IMG/VR virus record: IMGVR_UViG_3300024346_000003
DNA length: 64,000 bases
Origin: a virus
Lineage: Duplodnaviria > Caudoviricetes
Strand: one strand, 5' to 3'
A program made the translations under genes and the position numbers. Shown piece after piece: positions 30,361 to 42,400 of the stretch; the stretch's first letter is position 1, and each line of letters starts with the position of its first letter. Below the pieces are notes generated by a model. The model was not told the origin of the DNA, did no database searches, and saw only the letters and a program-made list of their open reading frames with translations.

Positions 30361-30840
30361 TTATGCTACCGCTTCGTACTCTTTTCTTGTGAAATATTCT
30401 GAAATTTCCTCTATAATGTTAGGTATGATTGGTTTGATATTAACCTGGTATCTAACCATAGTTGGGAACCAATTACCTGAGAACGTTGACTTTGCAACTA
30501 TGTTTCTATCAACTTTAATTTCAAAAGTGAAGATATCTTCATTCTTAAAGATATCTCTTTCAGAAGCATCTTCTTCTCTTCTGGTTTCACTATATGGGTC
30601 ATAACGGTCCCATAGGTAATCTACTGATTTATCCTTAAGGAATTTCGGTACTATACCACATGAACCAAAGCTGCCATTGTTCATACCACAAAGCGAATCA
30701 ACAAGCTCTTTAAGCTCGACTGATGTCAATACTCTGTTATTGTAACCATCAATACTAAAATATCTCTGACAGATAATATTATTGTTGATTTTAAGTAAAA
30801 ATTCAAATTTTTGACTTGCGAAATTTGTGTTTTTTTTCAT
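30361..30840 (-). CDS. Hypothetical protein in the replication operon
   Basis: 159 aa between the exonuclease and the helicase, tightly packed. Confidence 0.6.
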   Translation of the reverse strand: MKKNTNFASQKFEFLLKINNNIICQRYFSIDGYNNRVLTSVELKELVDSLCGMNNGSFGSCGIVPKFLKDKSVDYLWDRYDPYSETRREEDASERDIFKNEDIFTFEIKVDRNIVAKSTFSGNWFPTMVRYQVNIKPIIPNIIEEISEYFTRKEYEAVA

Positions 30841-30845
30841 AATTA

Positions 30846-31904
30846 TTAATTTATTGTTTGATTATTCTTTTCTCTTTCTATTAATCTTTTAAATGGCATA
30901 AAGTATTCGATACTATAGTTTTGTATCTCTCTATCCATACCATCCTCTTTCATTAATTGATAAGCGTTCTTTACATCCCTACCTTCTGGGTTTATTGGTA
31001 ATTCAATTAAATCTTTTAATTCATTTATTACTGATTCAGTAATCATTGGATTTCTTAAGTTAACTAACTTATCATTTATCTCATATAGTTTATCACCTTG
31101 AATACCGTCAGTGATACTCATTACTATATTATCAAATATTTGTAATGGTTTTTGTTTATTATTGATTCTATCAATTTGTAATTGTGCTGATTTTACAATT
31201 ATATCACTAACCTTTACTGGACCTTTAGTAATCTCTGGGAAGTGTTTAACCATGGTATCTTCACCAAGTCTTCTAATTCCTTTGATGCAATCACTATTAT
31301 CCCCACAAAATATTTTTATTAAAGCGGCATTGCTTTGATGATGTTTAAAGAATTGATTATAATTTTCCAAAGTAATGTATTGTTTTAAATCACACATGTA
31401 TATTCTAACATTAGAATCTATGAGTTGACAAAGGTCTCTGTCACTAGTACAGATAGTTATTTTCTCATTTGATTTTTTGTTATTGCAAACATACGCAATT
31501 AAATCATCACTTTCAACTATTTTATCTTCATATTGTCGAATAAATAATTCTTCTAAGTATCTTTTGATTTGTAATTTTTGTGATAACTCACTTTCATCTA
31601 TAGGATGAGTGCCATTCACATAATCTTTATTTCTATTAGATTTGTAGTCGTGGTATATATTATACCTTAGCTGACCACTAAGTTTACCATCCCAAAACAC
31701 AAAAGCTTTATGGTATAAACCATCATCTAATAATTTTCTTAATACCGTGATGAATTGGTAAATACCGCCGATATGCTCTTGCTTTTGATTGTAAACATCT
31801 TTGGCTCCGAGAATACTCCTTTTAAATAGAGCATTCCCATCAACCAATAGTACATTTATTTCTTTTTCTTTTTTCTCACCATGTTTAGGTGGTCTTCGAT
31901 TCAT
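30846..31904 (-). CDS. 5'-3' exonuclease / T4 RNase H-like flap endonuclease
   Basis: LLVDGNAL, VFWDG, YKSNR, ESDDLIAY, TSDRDLCQL, GDNSDCIKGI. Confidence 0.9.
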   Translation of the reverse strand: MNRRPPKHGEKKEKEINVLLVDGNALFKRSILGAKDVYNQKQEHIGGIYQFITVLRKLLDDGLYHKAFVFWDGKLSGQLRYNIYHDYKSNRNKDYVNGTHPIDESELSQKLQIKRYLEELFIRQYEDKIVESDDLIAYVCNNKKSNEKITICTSDRDLCQLIDSNVRIYMCDLKQYITLENYNQFFKHHQSNAALIKIFCGDNSDCIKGIRRLGEDTMVKHFPEITKGPVKVSDIIVKSAQLQIDRINNKQKPLQIFDNIVMSITDGIQGDKLYEINDKLVNLRNPMITESVINELKDLIELPINPEGRDVKNAYQLMKEDGMDREIQNYSIEYFMPFKRLIEREKNNQTIN

Positions 31905-31984
31905 TTCTTAACCTTATAAAGGTTAATACTCTTTACCCATGATTTTAGGGTTTCCAATTTTTGTTTTGCGCTTGTTTTACTCAT
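31901..31984 (-). CDS. 27-aa upstream ORF (MSKTSAKQKLETLKSWVKSINLYKVKK) coupled to the exonuclease gene
   Basis: Fills the recA-exonuclease gap, has an A-rich context before its ATG, and its TGA overlaps the exonuclease ATG (ATGA). Confidence 0.55.
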   Translation of the reverse strand: MSKTSAKQKLETLKSWVKSINLYKVKK

Positions 31985-31998
31985 ATCTATTATTTAAA

Positions 31999-33108
31999 TT
32001 ATTCTCTAATATCATCACCTTCAAGTATACCTTCTTCGGCAGTATAATCAATAACCGTATTGTAATCAACGTTTAGTGCTTCATGTATGAATTTTCTATG
32101 TTTAGTCTTATATTCATCCAATTCATCTGGATTTACGTATCCATGAGGTGTTGATGCAATTGTACCATTTCTTTCAATACCTGTTACGTGATTTTTTTCA
32201 CATCTAATTTTAGCTTCAGTACCATATTGGAAATCTTGATTTAATGCTTTCGCTGTTAGTTTTTTAGTCCCATGTGTTAATATACCACCTAAGTGTACGA
32301 TAATTCTAGAATTAAAGAACATGAATTCACCACCTTTATGTTTAACAACTGTACCATTCATATTATCTAACCAAATCTTTTGAACACAAATCATTGTGTT
32401 AGTATATTCACTATCAATAGCCCTAGTAGATGGTATTTTAAAATTAACAATTGCTTGGAAGGCACCCATAGCACCAGCATTCCACATGTTATTACTTGTA
32501 TTTGAGCAAGCTGATTTATAACAATTAAGTGTACCGATAGAGTCCCATAGAAAAACCATATTCATAGGGATAATACCATTTTCTTGTTTTTGAATCATCT
32601 CACTAATAAATAATGATACATCTTCAATGACAGGTTCACCTCTTGTTGGTTTTGTCATTGTTTTACTATCTTGATGATTGTAATTTTTATACATGTTGTA
32701 TAAATCTTTATTTCTAACTAACATGAAGTTATCTGGCTTTTCAGTAATTTCACCAGTTTCTTCATTAATAACCTCTTTAAATTTAACACCAATTTGTTTA
32801 GCATGTTCAGCATTCCAGTTACCTTCAGTTTCAATTACAACTGCAAAGTCACCAATTTTTTGAGCTCCAGCTATTGCTTCATAAAAAGCGGTAGACTTAC
32901 CAGTATTAGAGTAACCTCTAACCAAACTTACGTAACCTCTAGGAAATCCAGGTAATTTTAATGCATCGAACCAGCCTTTAGATAATGGTACCCATGATAA
33001 ATCTTTATCTTTTGGTTCTGAATTTAAATTTTCACTTTCTAGGAAAGCATCTAAATCAAATGTCTTTTTTTGAATTGATTTTTTTGGTAGTTTTTTGTTT
33101 TCGCTCAT
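31999..33108 (-). CDS. recA: RecA/UvsX-like recombinase
   Basis: VRGYSNTGKST (Walker A), VIETEG, FLWDSIG, GGEFMFFNSRI, EKNH. Confidence 0.85.
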   Translation of the reverse strand: MSENKKLPKKSIQKKTFDLDAFLESENLNSEPKDKDLSWVPLSKGWFDALKLPGFPRGYVSLVRGYSNTGKSTAFYEAIAGAQKIGDFAVVIETEGNWNAEHAKQIGVKFKEVINEETGEITEKPDNFMLVRNKDLYNMYKNYNHQDSKTMTKPTRGEPVIEDVSLFISEMIQKQENGIIPMNMVFLWDSIGTLNCYKSACSNTSNNMWNAGAMGAFQAIVNFKIPSTRAIDSEYTNTMICVQKIWLDNMNGTVVKHKGGEFMFFNSRIIVHLGGILTHGTKKLTAKALNQDFQYGTEAKIRCEKNHVTGIERNGTIASTPHGYVNPDELDEYKTKHRKFIHEALNVDYNTVIDYTAEEGILEGDDIRE

Positions 33109-33126
33109 AATTTTAATTTTGATTTT

Positions 33127-33153
33127 AAAAAAAGGGTGAACGAATGTCCACCC
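33127..33153 (-). terminator. Intrinsic terminator or stabilising hairpin between the SSB gene and recA
   Basis: Minus strand GGGTGGAC-ATTC-GTTCACCC followed by T7. Confidence 0.75.
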
Positions 33154-33183
33154 ATTTATAATTATTTATTTTTATTTTTTAAC

Positions 33184-34089
<906 letters not shown>

Positions 34090-34118
34090 AATTTTAATTT
34101 ATATTTGTTTGATTATTA

Positions 34119-34185
34119 TACTATTTAATTCTACTATTTAATTCTACTATTTAATTTCCCTATGTCAATTTTACTATATTAATTT
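34119..34185 (-). repeat. Three tandem 13-nt repeats plus one variant in the SSB gene leader
   Basis: TACTATTTAATTC at 34119 and 34132, TACTATTTAATTT at 34145, variant TACTATATTAATTT at 34172. Confidence 0.85.
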
Positions 34186-34192
34186 ATATGTA

Positions 34193-34223
34193 CAAATGTA
34201 CTACTAAATTGGTAAAAAGTAAA
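34193..34223 (-). promoter_or_regulatory. Bacteroidota-type promoter (proximal) for the SSB/replication operon
   Basis: Minus strand TTTA-N19-TACATTTG. Confidence 0.65.
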
Positions 34224-34265
34224 GGGGTTTTTTAAATATTTTGATTAATTTCGAATTATGTTTTA

Positions 34266-34297
34266 CAAAAGTACTAGGTTTATAATCTTATAACAAC
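34266..34297 (-). promoter_or_regulatory. Bacteroidota-type promoter (distal) for the SSB/replication operon
   Basis: Minus strand GTTG-N20-TACTTTTG, immediately downstream of the 34321 terminator. Confidence 0.7.
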
Positions 34298-34320
34298 TTT
34301 TTTTAAATATTTTTAACTAT

Positions 34321-34354
34321 AAAAAAGAAAAACAAGGCTAATGCCTTGTTTTTC
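34321..34354 (-). terminator. Intrinsic terminator
   Basis: Perfect 12-bp stem GAAAAACAAGGC/GCCTTGTTTTTC with a 4-nt loop, followed by T6 on the minus strand. Confidence 0.85.
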
Positions 34355-34376
34355 AATATATTAATTATGTATTATT

Positions 34377-35168
34377 TTACATATTTTCTTCTTCGTATTC
34401 ATCACCATTGAAACTATCTTCAATATCTGACTCACTATAATCATCATCAATATCTTTTTGTGTTAACACATATTCCTCTGGTTTATCATCATCAGCTCCA
34501 GTATCATAACGGTCACCTTTTTCATCCCAAAAATCAGTTAATTTAACACTATATGGGAATGAATCTAATGAACGCATTTCTAATTTTTCTTTTGGTGTTG
34601 GATTTCTTCTTTCGATTTCTTTTTCCAAACCATCAATTTTATCTGAAATTGAGCTCATTGATGATAATTGACTTTCTAACTTATCAACCATACTCATTAA
34701 TTGTTCTATTTTAGAATTTGCAGCATCTGCTGATTGTTTTGCAGCTTCAGAACCTTTTACTAATTCAGTAACATCTAATTCTACAGCATCTTCTTCAGGT
34801 GCTGGTTCTTCGATTGGCATTTCTTCAGCTGGTGCAACATCGTCAACTGGTAATTCAGCACTTGCATCACCCATTGGTTCTGTTGGTTCTTCAGCGTTAG
34901 CTTCAATATCAGCAGTGATATCTTCAACATCAGCATCTAAATTATCTTCTGCTGGTGCATTTGCTTCATCACCTTCAGCTTCGGCCATACCTAATATGAT
35001 ATCTTTACCAGAATACATAGGGTCTTCTGGTCTTTCTTCTTCCATACTTACGATTGGGAAGTTTTCAGATATAGTAGACCTATCATCATAGTAATTATAA
35101 TTCGTAAGTGATTTAAACTTTTTAAGTTCTTCACTTAGTAATGCTTTATTTATAGTTTTATTTCTCAT
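34377..35168 (-). CDS. Acidic hypothetical protein with coiled coil (possible scaffold-like assembly factor)
   Basis: 263 aa, E/D/P/A-rich linker followed by a heptad helix (SKIEQLMSMVDKLESQLSSM). Function is inference only. Confidence 0.55.
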   Translation of the reverse strand: MRNKTINKALLSEELKKFKSLTNYNYYDDRSTISENFPIVSMEEERPEDPMYSGKDIILGMAEAEGDEANAPAEDNLDADVEDITADIEANAEEPTEPMGDASAELPVDDVAPAEEMPIEEPAPEEDAVELDVTELVKGSEAAKQSADAANSKIEQLMSMVDKLESQLSSMSSISDKIDGLEKEIERRNPTPKEKLEMRSLDSFPYSVKLTDFWDEKGDRYDTGADDDKPEEYVLTQKDIDDDYSESDIEDSFNGDEYEEENM

Positions 35169-35169
35169 C

Positions 35170-35346
35170 TTAAAATAATAATTGTCTTCCGTCTTCTGTT
35201 ATTATTTTTTTATTGATTCTTTCAACTAAGCTTTTATCAGTTTTAATGATACAACCTTCGTCATTACAATCTACATTTACATTTTCACTTGTTAAAAACT
35301 CATCTAAGTTTTTTTCTAAGTTTATTTTTTTATCATTATTTTCCAT
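35170..35346 (-). CDS. 58-aa hypothetical protein (MENNDKK...ITEDGRQLLF); absent from the ORF track
   Basis: Hand translation; TATTTATA motif at 35380-35387 upstream; stop lies 1 nt before the next start. Confidence 0.7.
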   Translation of the reverse strand: MENNDKKINLEKNLDEFLTSENVNVDCNDEGCIIKTDKSLVERINKKIITEDGRQLLF

Positions 35347-35397
35347 AACACCTGTTTTTAATTTAATTATGTATTTGTATATAAATATCTGATAATA

Positions 35398-35796
35398 TTA
35401 TAAAATTCGCTTTATTGGTGTTATAACCAGATTATTATTTTTGATTAATAATAAATTATCCTGGTAATTTGACCAGTCAATAATTACTGATTTATAATTT
35501 ATATTACCAATGTTATCGACATTATATGTTTCGATTAATTTATTTAAAGCATTTATACTATAGATTGCATTACCTTTTTTATGTATTAAGGTTGCGTTTG
35601 GGAATACTTTTTTGAAGTTTATATGAGTGTCAGCTTTTATTAGCAATTTAAAAGTAACCATGACTTTAGTGCCATCCTCTATATCATATAGGAATACTAC
35701 ATTTTTATTGATTTGGAATGACGATTCTAGATAAGTTAAAAACCAATCTAATCTGTCCTTAAATATGAAAGATGCTAATAATACTGTCTTATCCAT
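35398..35796 (-). CDS. Hypothetical protein (start revised from 35850 to 35796)
   Basis: MDKTVLLASF start overlaps the stop of 35789..36385 (ATGGATAA). Confidence 0.65.
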   Translation of the reverse strand: MDKTVLLASFIFKDRLDWFLTYLESSFQINKNVVFLYDIEDGTKVMVTFKLLIKADTHINFKKVFPNATLIHKKGNAIYSINALNKLIETYNVDNIGNINYKSVIIDWSNYQDNLLLIKNNNLVITPIKRIL

Positions 35797-36385
35797 GCTC
35801 AATAGAATACAAAAAGGGAACATACTTAACCTCGTTATTAAGCATGTCAATTATGTCCTTGTATTCTATAAGTATTTCATCATTGTCCAAAAATACTGAG
35901 CAATATGATTTTATTTTATTTAATGTTTCAAGTAAATTATAATCTAAATAATTAACTAGGTTTAAATCAAGACCATATACTATATTTTCAGTATAAATAT
36001 ATAACATATTTTGATGTATATATCCAACAGCGTTGGTGCTTTTTTTAATAGTTTTAAACGTAATTTTTAGTTCTGATTCTGTTAATTGGATTAAATCTAT
36101 AAATTCATAATTAATATCCTTAATCAATAAGTTGTAACAGTAGTGTACAAAATCATATAAATCATTTTCAAATATATCCCTTCGTTCAGTTTTTTTAAAT
36201 GTCCAAAAAATATCATCTGATAGTTTTCTATTTATAAAATCGACATCTGGATTAGTTGTTTTAACTATATCCCAACCAACTATTAAAGTAGGTAACCCAT
36301 GGATGATACCATCCATGGATTCAACTACATTGAAATATTTATCAATATTTATTTTACTCTGTACTACTATATTTCCAACAAACAT
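35789..36385 (-). CDS. Hypothetical protein with its own host-type promoter
   Basis: 198 aa; preceded by TATATTTGCAAT-ATG, identical to the primase start region. Confidence 0.65.
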   Translation of the reverse strand: MFVGNIVVQSKINIDKYFNVVESMDGIIHGLPTLIVGWDIVKTTNPDVDFINRKLSDDIFWTFKKTERRDIFENDLYDFVHYCYNLLIKDINYEFIDLIQLTESELKITFKTIKKSTNAVGYIHQNMLYIYTENIVYGLDLNLVNYLDYNLLETLNKIKSYCSVFLDNDEILIEYKDIIDMLNNEVKYVPFLYSIEHG

Positions 36386-36389
36386 ATTG

Positions 36390-36421
36390 CAAATATAACC
36401 AAATTATTTTAAAAAAACAAT
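36390..36421 (-). promoter_or_regulatory. Bacteroidota-type promoter, probably leaderless transcript
   Basis: ATTG-N20-TATATTTG-CAAT-ATG. Confidence 0.75.
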
Positions 36422-36426
36422 ATTAC

Positions 36427-39400
36427 TTATTCGGATATATACTTTAAACTTGCATTTTTATCTACTAAAAATAATTGAGCCTCTTCTATTCTTCTTTTAA
36501 TCAAACCACTTAATACACCTGATTGTGCACCACTTATTGGTCCGTTTAATATACCTTGAGCAGCCTCTTTAAAATCATTTTTTTCAATAGCATTTTTTAT
36601 TTGTTCACCATATTCTCTAGCTGAAATATAATAAGCACCAGCGTTATAACCTAAACTAACTAATGCTGCCTTTTGATATTTATTTAACTTATTCCAATTA
36701 GCACTACCCAAATCTTTTTCGATTTGTTTACCGTATGTATTTTTAATTTGATAAACTAATGTATTTTTAGCAACTTCTTTCGTAAATACAGTACTAGATG
36801 TTACTTTTACTAATGAACCATTCTGTAATATTTTATCAGTACCGTATCCAGCTCTTAATGTACCTTCATCATTACCAGGTGTTGCTGTAAACGTTTCTTT
36901 TTTAGCAATATAATTACTAGTTACCGCTAACCAATCATTTTTATAATCGCTAATGGCTACACCAGCATAATTACCATTAGTAATTATACTTTTTAACTCT
37001 GCACTGAATGGTGTTAACTTATCTACTTTCATATCTTCTCTACTTGCACCAACTAAACTATTACCATCTCTAGCTTTAATGTATTTATCATCACAACTAT
37101 TTGTTGGGTATACAGCTTCTTTACCGTCTGGTGTTTTTGGATTTTTAACTATTGAGTCTAATGGTTTGCTAGTATCATATGCTTGTCCAAATATAGTTTT
37201 ACTTTTTGCGACTATACATTTTGCTTGTGTCCCATGATATTCCCAGTGCCATACTTCATCATAACTACCCTTATCATGGGCCCAGCCTGGATTTAAAAAT
37301 CCAAATCTATATGAATTATTAAATAACCATCCTACTATTGGGTCTGTATTAAAATCAAACTCACTTGGCCTACTACCTTCTTTATAAAGCCTTGTAAACA
37401 TGACACCGTCTGGACTAACCCAATTCCAATCTACAGCAAGGCCCCATCCATGAAGTGATGTTCCAGCTGCTGCTGCTGTTTTTTGACCTTTTGCCAATTC
37501 AACTTGTTTTGCGTAAGTTCTATAAAACGAACCAGCTTTTCCATATGTTTCTTTTTCTTTAAAACGACCAGCTTTAACTTCACCCTCAACCCATTTACTT
37601 AATTCTTGTACCATTTTTCTAAATGCATCTGCCGCTTCAGTAACCATGAATCCGATATCTCCAGCACTATTTTTAAATTTAGTACCACTTAAATCAACTT
37701 TTTTATTGGTTATTTGACCAATTGGTTTACCAAGTTCCATAAAACCATTAGTTACACCATTTTCAATTAATGTTGCTATTATAGCTGAATAATAACCAGC
37801 GGATACACCTCTATCAGAACCAATTAGTGCTCCAGAACCTGTTGTTCCAATCAAATTCATAAGCATTGTTGCTTTGTCCATTAATGGCGTTTTAGCTTTT
37901 TTAACTCTATTACCTTTAAAGGTTGTTGTCATTGAATGCGGTTTGATAGAGTGTGTTACCTTGTAAATTAAATAAGCACCTCTAAACATTGGTATATTAT
38001 TTAATTGGAAATACATCATTGGTTGAATCATTGCTGAACCTAACATTTCCACTTCAGCACTATATGACCTAGTTTGATAAACATTAAATAAATTATTACC
38101 AGCATACGTTGGTTTACTTTTATCACCAGTTTGTGATATACTTTCAATAACTTGGAGTGATTCCATTGTTTCGGTAAACTCTCTTTGGTCTAATTTAATA
38201 CTTCTAAAGTAATTCTGATTTTGTTGTCCATAGTTAACCGCAAATACTGGTACATTACCATCTAAACTATCAGCTTCTATTGGTGAATTTAAATCACTAG
38301 CTTCTACTGGTAATTCTATGGTTCCAGTATCACTATCCATTGATATCGATAGTCCATCATCTGGATAAACAGAGCCAGTACCCAAATCTAAGTTTGTTGA
38401 GGCTTGTCCAACATATACACAAACAAACGCTGGACCCGTACCTTTAAATGTAACTGGGTTATTATATGTGTATGCAGTAAACACCGTTTTTAATTCATCT
38501 ATATTGTTAAAGTTAACGAAGGTTGGTAGTGGTATAAAGTTAAAATTATTATCAGATAAAATTTTATTAATTATATCAAAATAACTTTGATTATAATTTG
38601 CTCTAATCAAATCTGTAACTGAATTTATATTTAAATAAAATTTATCACCAATATCAGCAAAGGCCCTATCAACAAATCTAAATGTATCAATTAAAGACGC
38701 TTCCGTTGCTGATGCTCTAAATTTTTTGGCATGTTTTAAATCTATTTCATTTTTAGTTGTTTCACCACATTGTGAAAATGCACTTTTATTTTCTGAACCA
38801 TTTAACCATTTGTCATTAATCGATGATAATATTCTATATATCATCAAGTTTATAGTATCATCATCACCAGTTCCAAATATTTCTTGTTGCGCTTCATCTT
38901 CTGGGTCTGGTATTACTTCTTTTTGATATGCTTCATTTAATGTTATTAATTTACTATAAAAACCAGATAAATATATTCTAAATTTATCAGCTCTAACTCT
39001 AATGCTTTTAGATGATGTACCATTTTGATACCCAGCCTCTGATGCTTGTTTTTTAAATTTATTACCACCAACATAACCAGCAGCTTTATCATAATAATCA
39101 TAGTTCCAAATATTTGGATTAACATTTTGTATTACTGTTGGTTGTGTAAGTAAAGATACCATATAGTTCATGACTGGTGTGTTAGGTTTAAATATTGTAT
39201 TTAAATTACCAACCGTTGATGCACCGTCATTAACAATATCTTTTACACCAGCAATCAATGCATAATTATTAACAACTGATTCAGTAAATAATTTATTTAA
39301 TTCAGTTCTTGATATTCGTTTTTGTAACCCCGTTTGATTTGAATTTGGTGCTTTTGCTAAATTTCTAACTTCTTGATTTTTAGTAAACCAATCGTCATAA

Positions 39401-42400
39401 TTACTTTTTGATTTATATAATTCTAACTCTTTTTGTATAAATTTAAATCCAGTATCATCCTTAACCCATTCTTCAAAATAAGAAATAAATTCATCTCTAA
39501 CTTGTTTTGGTAAATTCATTAATGTTAAATCTAGTGGTACATATGTTTCATATGCTGTAGCAGCACCTCTTATTCCATATTCCAAATCCCTTGTTACTGC
39601 ATACCCATCAGGGGCATCACCAAAAAACATACCCCATGGGTTATGTTCAGCATAAGCATCACCATATGGTGCTGATAAATATAAATATTCTTTTGATAGT
39701 GGCGTTCTTACGTTTGCTGGTATTAGTGTGTATTTTTTACCTTCCCTACCAGAATATACTATAGGGTCGGTATTATTGTGTGTTGCTGTATATCTTACTC
39801 TCCAAAGCATAGCACCAACAAATAATACCCACGCTTTTGGTGCGTGAACAAATGCTCCATTAACTTGAAATAATGTTCTAATACTACTAACTCTTGTATA
39901 GTTACCTTTAGTTTCTTCTTCCTTAAGGCGTTGCCATGATGTCCAGTCAAGATATTTATCTAACATCATCATTTCTTGAATATCAGCCCCGAAATTTTTA
40001 ACACCTTGCCATGGAATTGTGTGTAAGAATAAAAGTGCTCTAACTTCATCTAATGGTTGTCTATAATAAAAATAACTACCAAATAGTGATACTGATAAAT
40101 TACCTGTATTATTTGAACCAGATGTTCGCACGTCTGCGTTAGAAATACCAAATTCTATAAATGGTAAATAAAGTTTATTCCCCTTTATCCCTAAACTTAA
40201 TAACCCCTTTTGTTTTAAATAGGCACCGTTATCTGCCCATGTTTTTCTGAAAATTTTAGAATTAGTGTTGATTTGTGTTCTTTCTAATTCAGGCATAAAA
40301 TATATATTATCACTAAATTCACCATCACCAGCGTATAATATTGCATCGTCATATAATTTCTTATCAATTGGGTATGATAAGTAAGTACCAACAACTGGTA
40401 AGTTAACATTATCTCTATCACCATTAAATTTAAAATTATTAAATTCTGTATAAAAACCTATTAATGATGAATCTACTTTAGTATCGTTTTTCCACATTGG
40501 CTCACCCATATAATAATTAAATTCATCAGCAAAATCTGCTTCCGTTGCATCATAATTTAAAGTGTTCATCTCTAAAACTGAATAATTACCATTATATGGG
40601 TTTAAACCATCAATAATTTCATCAGAATCATTTGATTTAGTATCTTGATTATTAACAATACTTCTATATACCGAATCAACACGAGGTACTGAATTTGCTT
40701 CATCTAAGTTTCCTTTATGAAAATCAACAAGTTCTTTCCCAAATTCTGGAATCATCGATGATGCTGTATACTCGCTTAATTCGTATAACTTAACATGTAG
40801 TGAACCATCATCTTCATCTTTGAATGTATCTACATTATCTGTACCTTCATAATTTTTAGGGTTACTAACAAATATTATACTACTAGATAACTCTTTTAAA
40901 TCATCTCTTGATTTAAATGTATTATCATTATTATAAAATCCAGAACCGTCAAATCCTGTGTTTACTGGTATATAAGCGGCTTTTGCATCATCATCTCTAA
41001 TATATACGTATTTATAATAGTGAGATTTAAGCTGGTCTCCTGGAATTGTCTGCACAACATTATCAACACCAACCGTAGTTTTAATCAGTATTGGTTTTTT
41101 ACTAACAGCGCCTGGGTTGGTTATTTTAGATGAGCCTTCTGCACCAAATTCTGTAATTTTATTTATAAAGGCAGTAATTCGTTTTTCTTCATCCTCATCT
41201 TTAACTTCCTCCAACATTGTTGCTAATAAATCTTGACCATGTTTACCTAACTTTCTACAAGCAGCGACTAAAGTTTCAGCTTCTAGCCCACCCATTGTTT
41301 TTAATAATGCACCGCCTTTTGATGATTCAATCTTACTATTGAATGTACTAACACCTAATAACATAAAAGTCCTAAGTAATACTAATCTTTTTACTTCGTC
41401 AGCATTATTAGCATCTGTTGCTTCAATGTATGGATTTTGTGTCATTAATGGATTAATTGGTGTGTCAGCTGGTGTTAACGGAAACCAAGCATCTGCTGGT
41501 GCTATCGCATTTGTATCAACATCTGCACCAGCATCTGGATTATCAATTTGCTCTTGTAAATCTTTATCAAATTTTGCAACGTTTAATAACTCAGTGTGTA
41601 ACTCTTTAACGAAAACAACTTCATTTATATTTGTTGCTATAACGGGCGCTTTTCCTAGCCAGGTTTCAACATAACCTTCACCAGCTTTTTCTTGTCTATA
41701 TTCTGGCCAAGGATATATTGTTTTCTTTTCAACATTAACTACATCAGCTTGATTAACATTTAAAAGACCAGATATTTTATTAAATTCAACTGCTCGTTTA
41801 CCACTAGCGTCACTTTGTGCTTCTACTGATACATCTTTTAATACCTCTAAAAATATTTCAGCATTTACTGATAAAACTCTAAATATATTTCTAATTGTTG
41901 GTTCAAAACCAATAATACCTTCAGCAGTATCTGCTAATTTAGCGTTAAAGTCTGTTTCAGTTTTTGTTTTATTTTCAGCAAGTTTTGTTTTTATATCATT
42001 AAAATGGTATTGTATTCTTTTTAAATTATAAATATTAAGTTTAGTATCATCAGTGGCTACTGATGTTCCTAAATTACCAATCACTTTCAATAACTCTTTA
42101 ACATAATCTTTGTTAGTTTCATCACTCGTGTATTTACCACCAGAATGGTTAATAATTTCATTAATATTATCAGCACTAGTTAATTGTGCTTTAGTAATAT
42201 CGGATATTTTAACAACATCTTTCAATAAGTTTTCATTTAACTTCAAAGTATCATCTGAAATCTTATTATTTACCGCATTAACTAATCCTGTAATTGTTTC
42301 TTCATAAGCTTTAAGTGCGGTTTCATATTTTTTATCAGAGTCAGCACCATTTGGTACACATAAAACTACACCATCTGGTGATTTAAAATAAGTATTAACT

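Noticed and set aside
25389-33108. Introns or inteins in nrdA, nrdB, helicase or recA
   Set aside because: All are continuous and of ordinary length, with no homing-endonuclease or intein motifs.
34119-34185. Possible mini-CRISPR array from the 13-nt repeats
   Set aside because: Repeats are abutting with no spacers and are too short; no cas genes in the window.
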